Source: a bacterium (GTDB lineage: Bacteria; UBA8248). Taken from it: 64,000 bases of DNA. Positions 29,011 through 39,711 of this stretch are shown here, in pieces. The stretch is taken from contig OZ253442.1 in the NCBI GenBank assembly GCA_965261085.1, forward strand, positions 4,096,001-4,160,000, given 5' to 3'. The notes beneath the pieces were generated by a model, which had not been told where the DNA came from, searched no databases, and was given only the letters and a program-made list of their open reading frames with translations. Every line of letters begins with the position of its first letter. Within the stretch, counting starts at the first letter, position 1. A program made the position numbers and the translations under genes.

Positions 29011-30927
29011 CTAATGCGTCTCCCTTAAATAAACGACCGCGAGCGGGGGCAGCGTTACCTCTACCGAATAGGGCTGGCCGTTTAAGGGCGCTGCAACGGC
29101 ATGGCAACCATCCGGATTCCCCATGCTGCTGCCTCCGTAGATTTCCGAGTCGCTGTTCAGCACCTCGATCCACTCGCCGTCGGCGGGAACACCCATCCGG
29201 TAATGCATCCTGGGCACAGGCGTCAGATTGGCAGCCACGAGCAGCATGGGTTCATCCTCCGTGGCGATCCGCACGAAGCCCAGCACGCTGTCCTCTGAGG
29301 CATTCACGGCCACCCACATGAAGCCACGCGGGTCGTAATCCCTCCGGAACAGGGCGCGCTCCTGATGATACAAGGCGTTCAAGTCACGCACCCATTTCAT
29401 CAGCCCCGCTCTGAGCGGCTCCTGTGCGAGATGCCAGTCGAGCGCGCCGTCATGGTTCCATTCGCGCCACTGGCCGAATTCCCCGCCCATGAACAGGAGC
29501 TTCTTACCGGGATGAGCGAACATCAGCCCGTAGAGCGCGCGTAGATTCGCGAATTTCCGTCCGTTGCCCCCCGGCATCTTCCCGAGCAGGGAGCTTTTGC
29601 CGTGCACCACTTCGTCGTGGGAGAGCGGCAGCACGAAATTCTCGTTATAGGCGTAGAGCATCCGGAACGTGAGCAGGTTGTGGTGAAATTTCCGGTGGAC
29701 GGGGTCTTTTTTCATGTACTCGAGCGAATCGTGCATCCAGCCCATGTCCCATTTCATGCCGAAACCCAAACCTCCCATATCCACGGGTCTCGAGACCATC
29801 GGCCAAGAGGTGGATTCTTCCGCGATGGTCTGCACGTCGGGGAACCGGCGATAGACTTCCGTGTTCAGCCGCCTGAGGAAAGTGATGGCTTCGAAATTTT
29901 CCCGGCCTCCCTCTTCGTTGGGAAGCCATTCGCCCTCTTTTCTCGAATAATCGAGATAGAGCATCGAGGCCACGCCGTCGACGCGCAGCCCGTCGGCGTG
30001 GAAAGTCTCCAGCCAGTACAAGGCGTTGCTGATCAGGAAGGCGACAACCTCGTTTCGCCCGTAATTGAAAATGTGGCTTCGCCAATCGGGATGAAACCCC
30101 CGCCGAGGGTCGGCGTGCTCGTAAAGATGGGTTCCGTCGAAATTACCCAGCCCATGCCCGTCCGTGGGGAAGTGCGAGGGCACCCAGTCGAGTATCACGC
30201 CCAAGCCGCGCTGGTGGAGGTAATCGATGAGATACATCAAATCCTGAGGAGTTCCGTAGCGGCTCGTGGGAGAGAAGTAGCCCGTGATCTGATATCCCCA
30301 GGAACCGTTGAAGGGATGCTCCATCACCGGCATGAACTCGACGTGGGTAAACCCCATGTGGAGCATGTGTTCGGCGAGTTGCGGAGCCAGTTCCCTGTAG
30401 GTGAGAGGACGATTCTCCCCATGCGGCGCCCTCCGCCAGGAGCCGATGTGCATCTCGTAGATGGAAATGGGCGCTTCGCGGCCATTGCACGCGCCCCGGC
30501 ATTCCATCCAGTTCTCATCCCCCCATTCGTAATCGAGATTCCAGACGACCGAGCCGCTCTTCGGGGGAACCTCGCTGCAGAACCCGAAAGGATCCGCTTT
30601 CTCCATCCGAAAGTCCCCGAACTGAGAATGAATCCGGTATTTATAAACTTCACCCGTCCCCACGCCCGGGATGAATCCCGCCCAGATCCCTGAGCTTGCC
30701 ACCGGAGCCAACGGGTGGCTCTCCTCATCCCAGTCGTTGAAATCTCCGATAACGCTCACATACGCCGCGTTCGGCGCCCATACGGCGAAGTGAGCGCCCT
30801 CCTCCCCGTCCACCGTCATGGGGTGCGCGCCCATTTTTTCGTACAAGGTGAAGTGGGAGCCCTGGTTGAACAGATAAATGTCATAATCCGTGATGTAGGA
30901 AAGCGCGGGGTAGTGGACGACGCTCAT
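29011..30927 (-). CDS. glgB: 1,4-alpha-glucan branching enzyme
   Basis: FAVWAPNA, SWGYQ, DGLRVDGVASM, PLSHDEVVHGK. Confidence 0.97.
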   Translation of the reverse strand: MSVVHYPALSYITDYDIYLFNQGSHFTLYEKMGAHPMTVDGEEGAHFAVWAPNAAYVSVIGDFNDWDEESHPLAPVASSGIWAGFIPGVGTGEVYKYRIHSQFGDFRMEKADPFGFCSEVPPKSGSVVWNLDYEWGDENWMECRGACNGREAPISIYEMHIGSWRRAPHGENRPLTYRELAPQLAEHMLHMGFTHVEFMPVMEHPFNGSWGYQITGYFSPTSRYGTPQDLMYLIDYLHQRGLGVILDWVPSHFPTDGHGLGNFDGTHLYEHADPRRGFHPDWRSHIFNYGRNEVVAFLISNALYWLETFHADGLRVDGVASMLYLDYSRKEGEWLPNEEGGRENFEAITFLRRLNTEVYRRFPDVQTIAEESTSWPMVSRPVDMGGLGFGMKWDMGWMHDSLEYMKKDPVHRKFHHNLLTFRMLYAYNENFVLPLSHDEVVHGKSSLLGKMPGGNGRKFANLRALYGLMFAHPGKKLLFMGGEFGQWREWNHDGALDWHLAQEPLRAGLMKWVRDLNALYHQERALFRRDYDPRGFMWVAVNASEDSVLGFVRIATEDEPMLLVAANLTPVPRMHYRMGVPADGEWIEVLNSDSEIYGGSSMGNPDGCHAVAAPLNGQPYSVEVTLPPLAVVYLRETH

Positions 30928-33062
30928 AAGACAACCTCCCCCCGCGCCACAGGTGGTTCATTACGAGCCCTCAGCAAGACCAGGGCCTCTCCGGCCAGGA
31001 GGTAGGAATCGCCGGAGTGAATCCGCCAAGTCCACCCTTTTTCATCGACTTGGGACGTATCCAACACCACCGTCCATCTCTTCTTTCTGTCTTCATCTAG
31101 GAAAACGAAGGGTATCGCGTCATGATGCGCGTTCATGAGCACCAGGAAAGTATCACGATTCCTGCCCCCATGCCGAGAAAAAAGATCGCCTCTTGCCGCC
31201 TCCCTCAGCCTGAAGCCGAAACACTTCATGTAATGCACAACCCACTCGTGCGCCCCTAGTTCATGCCCCAAATGGTGAAGCCAGATGACCTCGGCTTTTT
31301 CCGGCCCGACCGGGCTTTGTTGAGGGAAAAACTCCGTGCGCCGGAAGTCCGGCCGGGCCCTGGTCCAGCGGATGAGGTTTTTGACGAAAGAAAGCAGACT
31401 CTCGTTTTTTTCCGCCAGTTCCCAGTCCACCCAGGAAGTCTCGTTGTCCTGGCAATAGGCGTTATTGTTCCCCGACTGCGTGCGGCCGAACTCGTCTCCC
31501 GCCTGGAGCATCGGCACTCCCTGGGCGAGAAACAGGCTCGCGAGCAGATTGCGCTTGCGCCGCGCGCGCATGGTCGATACGAAGGGGTCGTCCGTCGGAC
31601 CCTCCACCCCGCCGTTCCAGCTATGGTTCTCATCCGCGCCGTCTTTGTTGCCCTCCCCATTGGCGTCATTTAGCTTATGCTGAAAACTCACCAGATCCTC
31701 GAGCGTGAAGCCGTCGTGACAAGCAATGTAATTAAGGCCGGTCTGAGGGGCCCGCCCGCCGGCCTCGAAAATGTCGCTGCTCCCCGTCAGGCGCGTGGCG
31801 AACTCCGCAGCCAGGCTGAAATCCGCACGCCAGAACCGGCGCGCCGCGTCCCGGAACTTCCCGTTCCACTCCGTCCAGCCTTTTGGGAAATTCCCCAGTT
31901 GATAGCCCCTCTCGCCCAAATCCCAGGGTTCGGCGATGAGCTTGCGCTTCGAGAGAACCGGGTCTTCCGCAATAGTCTTGAAAAACGCCGATTCGGGGTC
32001 GAACGCCCTCCCTGTCCGCGCGAGGGAGGTGGCGAGGTCGAACCGGAAACCATCGACGTGAAACTCCTCCGCCCAATAGCGCAGGCTGTCCACGATGAGG
32101 CGCAAGACCGCCGGGTGTGAGGCGTTCAGTGAATTTCCGCAGCCGGTGGTGTCGACGTAGCGGCTCTCATCCTTAGGATCCACGCGGTAATAGACCCGGT
32201 TGTCCAGCCCGCGAAACGCCAGATGCGGTCCCCTAAAATCGCCCTCCCCGGTATGGTTGTAGACCACGTCGAGAATCACCTCGATTCCCGCGCGGTGATA
32301 CGTCTTCACCATCTCCTTGAACTCATCGACCTGCCCGCCTTTATCGCCACGGCAGGAAAAGCGGGCATCGGGCGCGAAAAAGCCGATCGTCGCGTACCCC
32401 CAATAATTGGAAAGCCCCAACGTCTGGAGACGATGATCGGATATCCGGTGATGTACGGGTAAAAGTTCGATAGCCCTCACGCCCAAATCTTTCAGGTATT
32501 CGACCACGCCAGGGTGGGCCAGACCCGAATACGTGCCCCGGAGCTCTTCGGGCACGTCGGGATGCCGCATGGTGAAACCTTTTACGTGCAGCTCGTAGAC
32601 GATGGTTTCAGACCAGGGCGTCCCGGGCGGGGAGACATCCTCCCAATCGAAAGATGAATCCACGAGCACGCTCTTGGGCGCCGCGTGGGCGTTGTCCCTC
32701 GTATCGAAATGGTGGATGTCGCCATCCCTGTAGCCGTACATCTCCTCGCACCAGTGGAGGTCGCCCGCAATCGCTCTCGCATACGGGTCGAGCAGCACCT
32801 TGTGGGGGTTGAAGCGATGCCCCTGTGCGGGCGCATAGGGGCCGTGGACGCGAAATCCATAGGGCCGGCCCGCCTCGAGGCCTACCACCTCCACGCGCCA
32901 GAGGTCGCCCTCCCGCTCAAGGGGAATCCGCTCCGTTTCATTTTGGTGGTCACCCGGGTCGAACAGGCAAAGCTCGACCCCCTCCGCGTTCTCGGAGAAA
33001 AGAGAAAAGCGCACGCCTCCCTCAATCCATTCGGCGCCCTGGCGCCCTTCCGGCTGACTCAT
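30924..33062 (-). CDS. glgX: Glycogen debranching enzyme
   Basis: NYWGY, DVVYNH, DGFRFDLA, CHDGFTL, NNAYCQDN. Confidence 0.96.
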   Translation of the reverse strand: MSQPEGRQGAEWIEGGVRFSLFSENAEGVELCLFDPGDHQNETERIPLEREGDLWRVEVVGLEAGRPYGFRVHGPYAPAQGHRFNPHKVLLDPYARAIAGDLHWCEEMYGYRDGDIHHFDTRDNAHAAPKSVLVDSSFDWEDVSPPGTPWSETIVYELHVKGFTMRHPDVPEELRGTYSGLAHPGVVEYLKDLGVRAIELLPVHHRISDHRLQTLGLSNYWGYATIGFFAPDARFSCRGDKGGQVDEFKEMVKTYHRAGIEVILDVVYNHTGEGDFRGPHLAFRGLDNRVYYRVDPKDESRYVDTTGCGNSLNASHPAVLRLIVDSLRYWAEEFHVDGFRFDLATSLARTGRAFDPESAFFKTIAEDPVLSKRKLIAEPWDLGERGYQLGNFPKGWTEWNGKFRDAARRFWRADFSLAAEFATRLTGSSDIFEAGGRAPQTGLNYIACHDGFTLEDLVSFQHKLNDANGEGNKDGADENHSWNGGVEGPTDDPFVSTMRARRKRNLLASLFLAQGVPMLQAGDEFGRTQSGNNNAYCQDNETSWVDWELAEKNESLLSFVKNLIRWTRARPDFRRTEFFPQQSPVGPEKAEVIWLHHLGHELGAHEWVVHYMKCFGFRLREAARGDLFSRHGGRNRDTFLVLMNAHHDAIPFVFLDEDRKKRWTVVLDTSQVDEKGWTWRIHSGDSYLLAGEALVLLRARNEPPVARGEVVL

Positions 33063-33322
33063 CTTCCTCCCGCCTTATATTCGTATCGTCCCCGACGAAC
33101 AAAATCGCGGGGCATCACGACGCATCCACCCGATAATGCCCCATCATACGCTAATTTTGTTGTGATTTTGTTACACAGGCCTTTGATAACCGAGCTTGAA
33201 TCTCCCTCCGCCAATTTCAAGACTTTCGCGTCAGTCGGTTCGGCTTCACCTTTTCCCCGGATAAGCTGTAAAATCCCCGCGTCCACCAGAGGGCCTACAT
33301 CCAACCGAAACGGGAGAGAATC

Positions 33323-34492
33323 TTGAAGATCATCGACATCCGCGAGACGGTGGTGCCCATACAGTCCGACCTCAGAAACGCATTCATCGATTTTTCCCTG
33401 ATGACGGTGAGCGTCGCCGCGCTCGTCACGGACGTGGTGCGCGACGGCAAGCGCGTCGTCGGCTTCGGCTTCAACTCGAACGGCCGCTACGCCCAGCAGG
33501 GGCTTTTGCGCGAGCGCTTCATTCCCAGGCTCCAGGAGGCGGACCCCGAATCGCTGCTGAACGAGGAAGGCTCAAACTTCGACCCGGCAAAAATATGGGA
33601 CTACATGATGAAAAACGAAAAGCCCGGCGGGCACGGCGATCGCTCCGTCGCCGTGGGCATCATCGACATGGCGGTGTGGGACATGGTGGCCAAAATCGAG
33701 GAAAAACCGCTCTACCGCCACCTGGCGGACACCTACCGCGACGGACGATGCGACGAAAAAGTATCCGTCTACGCCGCCGGGGGCTATTACTACCCGGGGA
33801 AAGACCTGAAAGCCCTCCAGAACGAGATGCAGAGCTATCTCGAGCGCGGCTACACCACCGTCAAGATGAAGATAGGCGGTGAATCACTCGATGACGACAT
33901 CAGGAGAATCGAGGCGGTGCTCGAGGTCGTGGGCGAAGGCCGGAACCTGGCGGTGGACGCCAACGGAAAATTCGACATGGAAACCGCCATTGCCTACGGA
34001 GAGGCGCTCGCACCCTACGGCCTCCACTGGTACGAGGAGGCGGGCGACCCGCTCGATTACGCCCTTCAGGCCGAACTCGCCCGGCACTACGACAAACCCA
34101 TGGCGACGGGGGAAAACCTCTTCTCCACCCTGGACGCGAGAAACCTGATCCGCTACGGGGGGATGCGGCCGGGCGTGGATATCCTGCAGTTCGACTGCGC
34201 GCTGAGCTACGGCCTGGTGGAGTATCTGAGAACGCTTAAGATGGCGGAAGAACACGGCTGGTCGGCCCGCTCGTTCATCCCCCACGGCGGGCATCAACTC
34301 TCGCTCAACATCGCAGGCGGACTCGGCCTTGGCGGCAGTGAGTCCTACCCCGACGTGTTCAAGCCCTTCAACGGCTTCGCCGACGGCGTGGCGGTGGAGG
34401 ACGGCTACGTCGGGTTTCCCGACCTGCCCGGCCTCGGCATCGAGGACAAGGCCGCTCTCAAGGACGTGCTGAAAGAGCTGTCTGAAATCTAG
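33323..34492 (+). CDS. tarD: Mandelate racemase-family enzyme, likely D-tartrate dehydratase
   Basis: FNSNGRY, EKPGGHG, YAAGGYY, KMKIGG, PHGGH as recalled for Bradyrhizobium D-tartrate dehydratase. Confidence 0.8.
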   Translation: MKIIDIRETVVPIQSDLRNAFIDFSLMTVSVAALVTDVVRDGKRVVGFGFNSNGRYAQQGLLRERFIPRLQEADPESLLNEEGSNFDPAKIWDYMMKNEKPGGHGDRSVAVGIIDMAVWDMVAKIEEKPLYRHLADTYRDGRCDEKVSVYAAGGYYYPGKDLKALQNEMQSYLERGYTTVKMKIGGESLDDDIRRIEAVLEVVGEGRNLAVDANGKFDMETAIAYGEALAPYGLHWYEEAGDPLDYALQAELARHYDKPMATGENLFSTLDARNLIRYGGMRPGVDILQFDCALSYGLVEYLRTLKMAEEHGWSARSFIPHGGHQLSLNIAGGLGLGGSESYPDVFKPFNGFADGVAVEDGYVGFPDLPGLGIEDKAALKDVLKELSEI

Positions 34493-35493
34493 AGAAACTC
34501 GGGCATCACCTCTTTGGCGAAGCGCTCGAGCGTTCTCAAGACGAGTTCCTGCGGCATCCCCGGCCACTGGACCCGGAACGCCATGTGGTCCACGCCCAAC
34601 TCGTCTCGGTGGCGTCTGATATCCTCGGCCACGTCCTCCGCCGAGCCGATCAGGAACCTGTCGGAGCGCAGCTCATCGAGCGGCATCCGGAGCGTATCGC
34701 TCTTGGGCAGCGCCTCGCTCTGGCCCCACTTCACGTAGACGTTGTATTTCACCGCCAGATAATCCGCGCATTCGCGAAAGGCGCTCTCCCTGTCATCGCC
34801 GATGAACATCTCCTTGATGACGGGCGTCGCATCGGGCGCGCCCTTGCCTGCGGCTTCGCGTTCGGCGTGAAACATCTCCATCTGACGCTTGAGCGTGTCG
34901 AAGCGCGCATGGGGATTCAGGAACCACGCCTCGCTCATTCTGGCGGCTCGCTTCACGGCGCCGTCTCCGTTCGCCGCTATCCAGATGGGCGGCCTGGGCT
35001 TCTGGGTAGGCCGCATGGTGAGCGTGACGTCCTCGAGCTGGACGACTTCGCCCGCATAATTCAGCGTCTCCCCTTCGAGCAGGCGGGTGACGGCTTCCAG
35101 TTTTTCTTCGAACGCCTTGACGCGGTAAGGTTTTGCGAGGCCGAACGCGCGATATTCGGGCTCGCGGTAGCCGAGTCCCACGCCGAGCACGAAGCGGCCC
35201 TTCGTCATGGCGTCGAGCGTGGCGACTTGCTCGGCCACGTCCACCGGATTGTGGAGCGCGAGCAGCAGGATGCCCGTGCCGACGGTCATATCGCCTGCGT
35301 GGGCCGCCACCTGGGCGACGCTCGGCCAGGTCTGCATCATCCACACGCCCTCGGTGAGGTAGTGCTGGCCGCACCACACGCTGTGAAAACCCAGATCGCG
35401 AATGAGGCGCACCTGCTCGAGATGCTCCTCCCAGCGTTCTGCGGGGTCATCTTCCAACGAGTGCTGGTTCATGACGAACATGCCGAATTTCAT
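34489..35493 (-). CDS. LLM-class oxidoreductase
   Basis: HNPVDVAEQVATLD, LGVGLGYR, FAKEVMP; start ATG 35493. Confidence 0.9.
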   Translation of the reverse strand: MKFGMFVMNQHSLEDDPAERWEEHLEQVRLIRDLGFHSVWCGQHYLTEGVWMMQTWPSVAQVAAHAGDMTVGTGILLLALHNPVDVAEQVATLDAMTKGRFVLGVGLGYREPEYRAFGLAKPYRVKAFEEKLEAVTRLLEGETLNYAGEVVQLEDVTLTMRPTQKPRPPIWIAANGDGAVKRAARMSEAWFLNPHARFDTLKRQMEMFHAEREAAGKGAPDATPVIKEMFIGDDRESAFRECADYLAVKYNVYVKWGQSEALPKSDTLRMPLDELRSDRFLIGSAEDVAEDIRRHRDELGVDHMAFRVQWPGMPQELVLRTLERFAKEVMPEFL

Positions 35494-35512
35494 ATCACCC
35501 TCTCGTTTTGTC

Positions 35513-36421
35513 TTAGGAATCCTTGGTTCCGAAATCATCGGCCAGGGCGATCACTTTCTCCGCCGCCTCGACCACGGGATAGTCGATCATTCTTCCGCCG
35601 ACGGAGACGCTCGCCTCCCCGCGCGCCGTCGCCTCTTCAAAGGCGACGATTACCTCGCGCGCCTTTTCGACCTCTTGTTTCGTCGGCGTGAACGCGTGGT
35701 TCACGATTTCCACCTGCCGGGGGTGGATACAGAATTTGCCGAACATGCCGAGCGCGCGGCACCTCTCCGCGCTAATCGCGAGGCCTTCCTGATCGTCTAA
35801 GGCAATCCACACCGTATCGAGGGGTTTCTCCAAACCTGCGGCGCGCGAGGCCACTGCGATGCGAGAGCGCGGATAATCGAAGGTGAACTCATCGCGCGGC
35901 CATTCGATGTCCAGATCGTTGGTGTAGTCCCCCGCCCCGAAAGCGAGCGCGAAACGCCGCTCCCCCGTATCGGCGGAGGCGATGGCGAAAGCATCCTCAA
36001 CACCCCGGGCGTTCTCGATAATGGCGAGCAGGTGGACCGACCCCGCCTCACAGCCCGCCTTTTTTTCCGCATCGCGAAGAAGACGGTCGGCCGTGAGAAT
36101 CTGGCCGGCGTTCTCCGCCTTGGGGAGCACGATACCCCGGAGCGCGGGACCCACGACGGCGGCGATGTCCTCCGGCCCGCAGGCGATGGAAAAACCCGTC
36201 ACGTCATCCAGTGGATTCACGCGCACGAAAACGTCCGCCCCGTCTTCTTCGACTATCGTTTTCACAGCCGCCCCGAGCGCACCCCGCGTGGACGTCTTCT
36301 CATCGGCGGGCACCGCGTCTTCTAAGTCCAAAACGACGGCGTCGGCCCCGGCCTTGCCCACTTTGGCGAGCATTCTCTCCCTGTTTCCGGGGGCGAACAG
36401 AATCGTCCGGTAGAGTTTCAT
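35513..36421 (-). CDS. CitE-like CoA ester lyase
   Basis: VLDLEDAV, FVRVN, IIENARG, CIHPRQV, GRMID. Confidence 0.9.
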   Translation of the reverse strand: MKLYRTILFAPGNRERMLAKVGKAGADAVVLDLEDAVPADEKTSTRGALGAAVKTIVEEDGADVFVRVNPLDDVTGFSIACGPEDIAAVVGPALRGIVLPKAENAGQILTADRLLRDAEKKAGCEAGSVHLLAIIENARGVEDAFAIASADTGERRFALAFGAGDYTNDLDIEWPRDEFTFDYPRSRIAVASRAAGLEKPLDTVWIALDDQEGLAISAERCRALGMFGKFCIHPRQVEIVNHAFTPTKQEVEKAREVIVAFEEATARGEASVSVGGRMIDYPVVEAAEKVIALADDFGTKDS

Positions 36422-36719
36422 AGGTGGTTCTCCTTTTCTTTCACCTTACGAGATGATGTTTTTTACCCTTGATGGCGGCGCTTGCCAAGCCGTGGAGGCC
36501 TGCGACGGATTATCAGGTGTACGCGAAGACCGAAGCCGAGTCGGTCGGACAGGCGGTTGCGCCCCCGTCCGGGAACGTCTGGGCGCTTTTCCAAACCCGG
36601 CGCGTTATGAACAGTGCGTACTGCGCTCCCCACGCCGGCGCGGTCTCGCGTACGCCGCGGCCTAACCATCCTCCGCCTCACGATTGTATCCCCCCGGTGG
36701 ATGCCGTAGAGTGGGTTTA

Positions 36720-36828
36720 CCGCTGTATGTGTGGCTAGGGATCCGCTACGGGTCTGGACCGAGCGCCGCGTAAAGCCGCAAAAAACGGCTGACACCTTAA
36801 GGGATAAAAGACCAGGGGGGATACGCGG
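36720..36828 (+). ncRNA. ykkC-family riboswitch, subtype-2-like with P0 stem
   Basis: CTAGGGATCCG...CTGGACCGAG...ACACCTTAAGGGATAAAAGACCAGGGGGGATA fits the ykkC architecture; ccgc-t-gtat pairs with atacgcgg; about 45 nt before the EamA start. Confidence 0.8.
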
Positions 36829-36871
36829 GTGTGAGTGTGTACGCCCGTCATCCAAATCTTGAGGTGCCCCC

Positions 36872-37729
36872 ATGACGTTTTTCGCCCTGGCGTTGGTGCT
36901 CACCGCTGCTCTTAGTCACGCCACCTGGAACTTGCTGGTCAAACGCATCAACGGCGGGCCGGAGTTGGTCTGGCTGTTTTCCTCTCTCTCGGTCTTGATA
37001 TATTTGCCGGTCGCGGTGGGCGTTTATCTGGTAGAGCGCCCCCTCCTGGGTTGGCGCGAGGTCGGGTTCTGCATCGGCAGTTCCTTGCTGCATTTGGCCT
37101 ACTTCCTGCTTCTCCAGCAGGGCTACCGCAAGGGCGAGTTATCCTTGGTCTATCCGGTTGCGCGGGCGACCGGACCGTTCCTGTCAACCCTGTTTGCCGT
37201 CTTCATCCTGGGCGAGAATCTGAGCCTCCCGATCGTCGGCGGCGGCTTGGCTATCATCGTCGGCGTAGTGTTCCTTACCGGTGGCTTCGGCCGGGGCGCC
37301 ACGCGGCGCAGAAGTTCGCTGATGTTCGGGGTCGCAGTCGGCGTGCTGATCGGGAGCTACACGGTCTGGGACGCCTTTACGGTCAGCGCTATCGCCGTAC
37401 CGCCAGTGCTGCTTGACTACGCATCGAGCCTTGCGCGCACTGTATTTCTGGCTCCCTACGCGGTGACGCGCAAGGAGGTGATGGCGAAGCACTGGCGGGA
37501 ACACAAAGTCGCCGTGATCGGCATTGCCGTGTTCAGCTCACTCGCCTATATCCTGGTGCTGACGGCCCTCGTCTTCACGCCCATCGTATACGTTGCGCCG
37601 GCGCGCGAGGTCAGCGTTCTGATCACGGTGGCGATGGGGTCGATCCTTCTGGGCGAGGGCGAGTTGCGTCGACGCATGGGGTGGGCCTGCCTGATTCTCC
37701 TGGGCATGGTGATGCTGGTGCTGAACTAG
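36872..37729 (+). CDS. EamA/DMT family transporter
   Basis: About 10 TM helices, HATWN, YPVARATGP, VAPARE. Confidence 0.92.
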   Translation: MTFFALALVLTAALSHATWNLLVKRINGGPELVWLFSSLSVLIYLPVAVGVYLVERPLLGWREVGFCIGSSLLHLAYFLLLQQGYRKGELSLVYPVARATGPFLSTLFAVFILGENLSLPIVGGGLAIIVGVVFLTGGFGRGATRRRSSLMFGVAVGVLIGSYTVWDAFTVSAIAVPPVLLDYASSLARTVFLAPYAVTRKEVMAKHWREHKVAVIGIAVFSSLAYILVLTALVFTPIVYVAPAREVSVLITVAMGSILLGEGELRRRMGWACLILLGMVMLVLN

Positions 37730-38027
37730 CGCCACGGCGGGCTTATTCCAGAAGCTTGTACTGCCGGCATGAAAGAAGCGGCTGTACCATATCTCCCCTG
37801 CCACCTATGCTACCGCTCGGGCTGAATTCCGGATGCGCAACGATTTGCGCCCCCCGGGCACTGGAGCGGCTCGGAAACACGATGCGGACACCCATTGGCG
37901 GTTGGTTCTCACCACTGGAGCACCGGTGGTCTCATCACACATTGGGATGAACACCCTCTTTCGTTTCGGCTCGAACGCTACCTGGAATATAATCGCGCCA
38001 AAATGACCCCATATACGGAGCCTCCCC

Positions 38028-39704
38028 ATGAATCGCGACGAACTGTTGTATCGCCCCATCACGGAACTGGCCGCCCTCATCGAGGCAGGCGATGCGAAGC
38101 CGAGCGAGGTGCTCGAAAGCCACATCGCCAGAACCCAAGGACTGGACGCCACCATCAACGCCTTCACGAGAACCACCTTCGAACTCGCCAGAGCACAGGC
38201 GGGGCGGCTGGATGAGGCGCTCACCCGGGGAGAATACCTGGGGCCGCTCCACGGAATTCCCATAGCGCTCAAGGATTTGCTCGACTTGAAAGGCCACCCG
38301 ACCACGGCGGGCAGCAGGATTTTGGGGAAAACCGCGGCGCTCGTATCGGCGGAGTGCGTGCGCAGGCTCATAGAAGCTGGGGCGGTCATCATCGGAAAAA
38401 CGAATTTGCAGGAATTCGCGCGCGGCGGCACCGGGGCGAACAGCGCTTTCGGCCCGGCGCGAAACCCCTGGAGTCTGGATCACACGCCAGGGGGAAGCAG
38501 CAGCGGCTCGGCCGCCTGTGTGGCGGCGGGAATGGCGGCGGCAGCGCTTGGCTCCGACACCGGCGGCTCGGTGCGCCTGCCCGCTTCGTTCTGTAATCTG
38601 GTGGGAATCCGTTCCACCTATGGCCGGGTGAGCAGGGCCGGGGCCGTGCCCTTAGGACTCAGCTTCGACAACGTGGGTCCCCTCACGCGAACGGTGGAGG
38701 ACGCCGCCCTCATCCTACAAGCCATCGCCGGTCCCGACCCCAAGGACCCGACGACGGGGAACAGGCCCGCGCCCGATTTTCTCGAATGCGTGAACGAGGG
38801 CGTACACGGCATGACACTGGGTGTCCCCACCAACCACTTCTGGCCGGGTGAGGACCCGGAAGCGGAAGCCGTCGTCCGAGAGGCCATCGCCCGATTCGAG
38901 AAGTTGGGAGCGAATCTCGTAGAGGTGGAAATCCCCTGGGCGCGGCTTGGCCAGGTCGCCTACGCCGCGACCGTGGGGCCTGAGGGTGCGGAATACCACC
39001 GGAAATATCTGGAAAACCACCGGGACGGGTATGTATCTCCGGGAGCGGATTTCTTCGAGCACAGCCTCTTCATTCCGGGCTGGCGCTACGTGCAGGCGCA
39101 AAAGGCGAGAACCTTCTTCATCCGCCAGGCGGCGGAGGTTTTCAGAAGCGTGGACGCCGTGCTCACGCCCACCGTCGCCATCGCGCCCCCCACCATTGCG
39201 GATTGTCTGGACGGGATGAAGATGTGGCCGGTGGTGAGCGACAACACCGCCGCCTTCAGCACCATCGGCAATCCCGTGCTTCAGGTCCCTTGCGGTTTCA
39301 CGAAAGCGCACCTGCCCGTCGGTCTTCAGATTGCGGGCAGATGGGGGGATGAGGCGCGTCTTTTCCGCATCGGCAAGGCGCTCGAAACCGACAATCCACT
39401 GTGGAAGTTGAGACCGCCTGAAATAGACGAGCAGCCGTCTCCCGAAGAATTTCTGCAAGCCTCCGCCTCCTCACCCTCGCAAGGTGAGCCGGATACAGAG
39501 GCGGTGGGCCATATTCTGGCCATGGCGAAAACTATGGGCTATGCGATCGACAGGGATAAAATCTCGCTGGAGAGCCTCGCGCAAGGCGTGGCGAACATGC
39601 TCTCGGGCCTTCAAAAACTGGACGACCTCGTTCTCGATGGTTGCGAGCGCGCCGAAACGCTCAACCTTCTCGACATGGATTTCGACTCCATCCCGAAGCC
39701 GTGA
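38028..39704 (+). CDS. Amidase-signature family enzyme with C-terminal extension
   Basis: GIPIALKD, PGGSSSGS, GSDTGGSVRLPA. Confidence 0.92.
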   Translation: MNRDELLYRPITELAALIEAGDAKPSEVLESHIARTQGLDATINAFTRTTFELARAQAGRLDEALTRGEYLGPLHGIPIALKDLLDLKGHPTTAGSRILGKTAALVSAECVRRLIEAGAVIIGKTNLQEFARGGTGANSAFGPARNPWSLDHTPGGSSSGSAACVAAGMAAAALGSDTGGSVRLPASFCNLVGIRSTYGRVSRAGAVPLGLSFDNVGPLTRTVEDAALILQAIAGPDPKDPTTGNRPAPDFLECVNEGVHGMTLGVPTNHFWPGEDPEAEAVVREAIARFEKLGANLVEVEIPWARLGQVAYAATVGPEGAEYHRKYLENHRDGYVSPGADFFEHSLFIPGWRYVQAQKARTFFIRQAAEVFRSVDAVLTPTVAIAPPTIADCLDGMKMWPVVSDNTAAFSTIGNPVLQVPCGFTKAHLPVGLQIAGRWGDEARLFRIGKALETDNPLWKLRPPEIDEQPSPEEFLQASASSPSQGEPDTEAVGHILAMAKTMGYAIDRDKISLESLAQGVANMLSGLQKLDDLVLDGCERAETLNLLDMDFDSIPKP

Positions 39705-39711
39705 GAGTCGC

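Noticed and set aside
37730-38027. Possible gene remnant after the EamA gene
   Set aside because: No recognisable motif in the frames examined.
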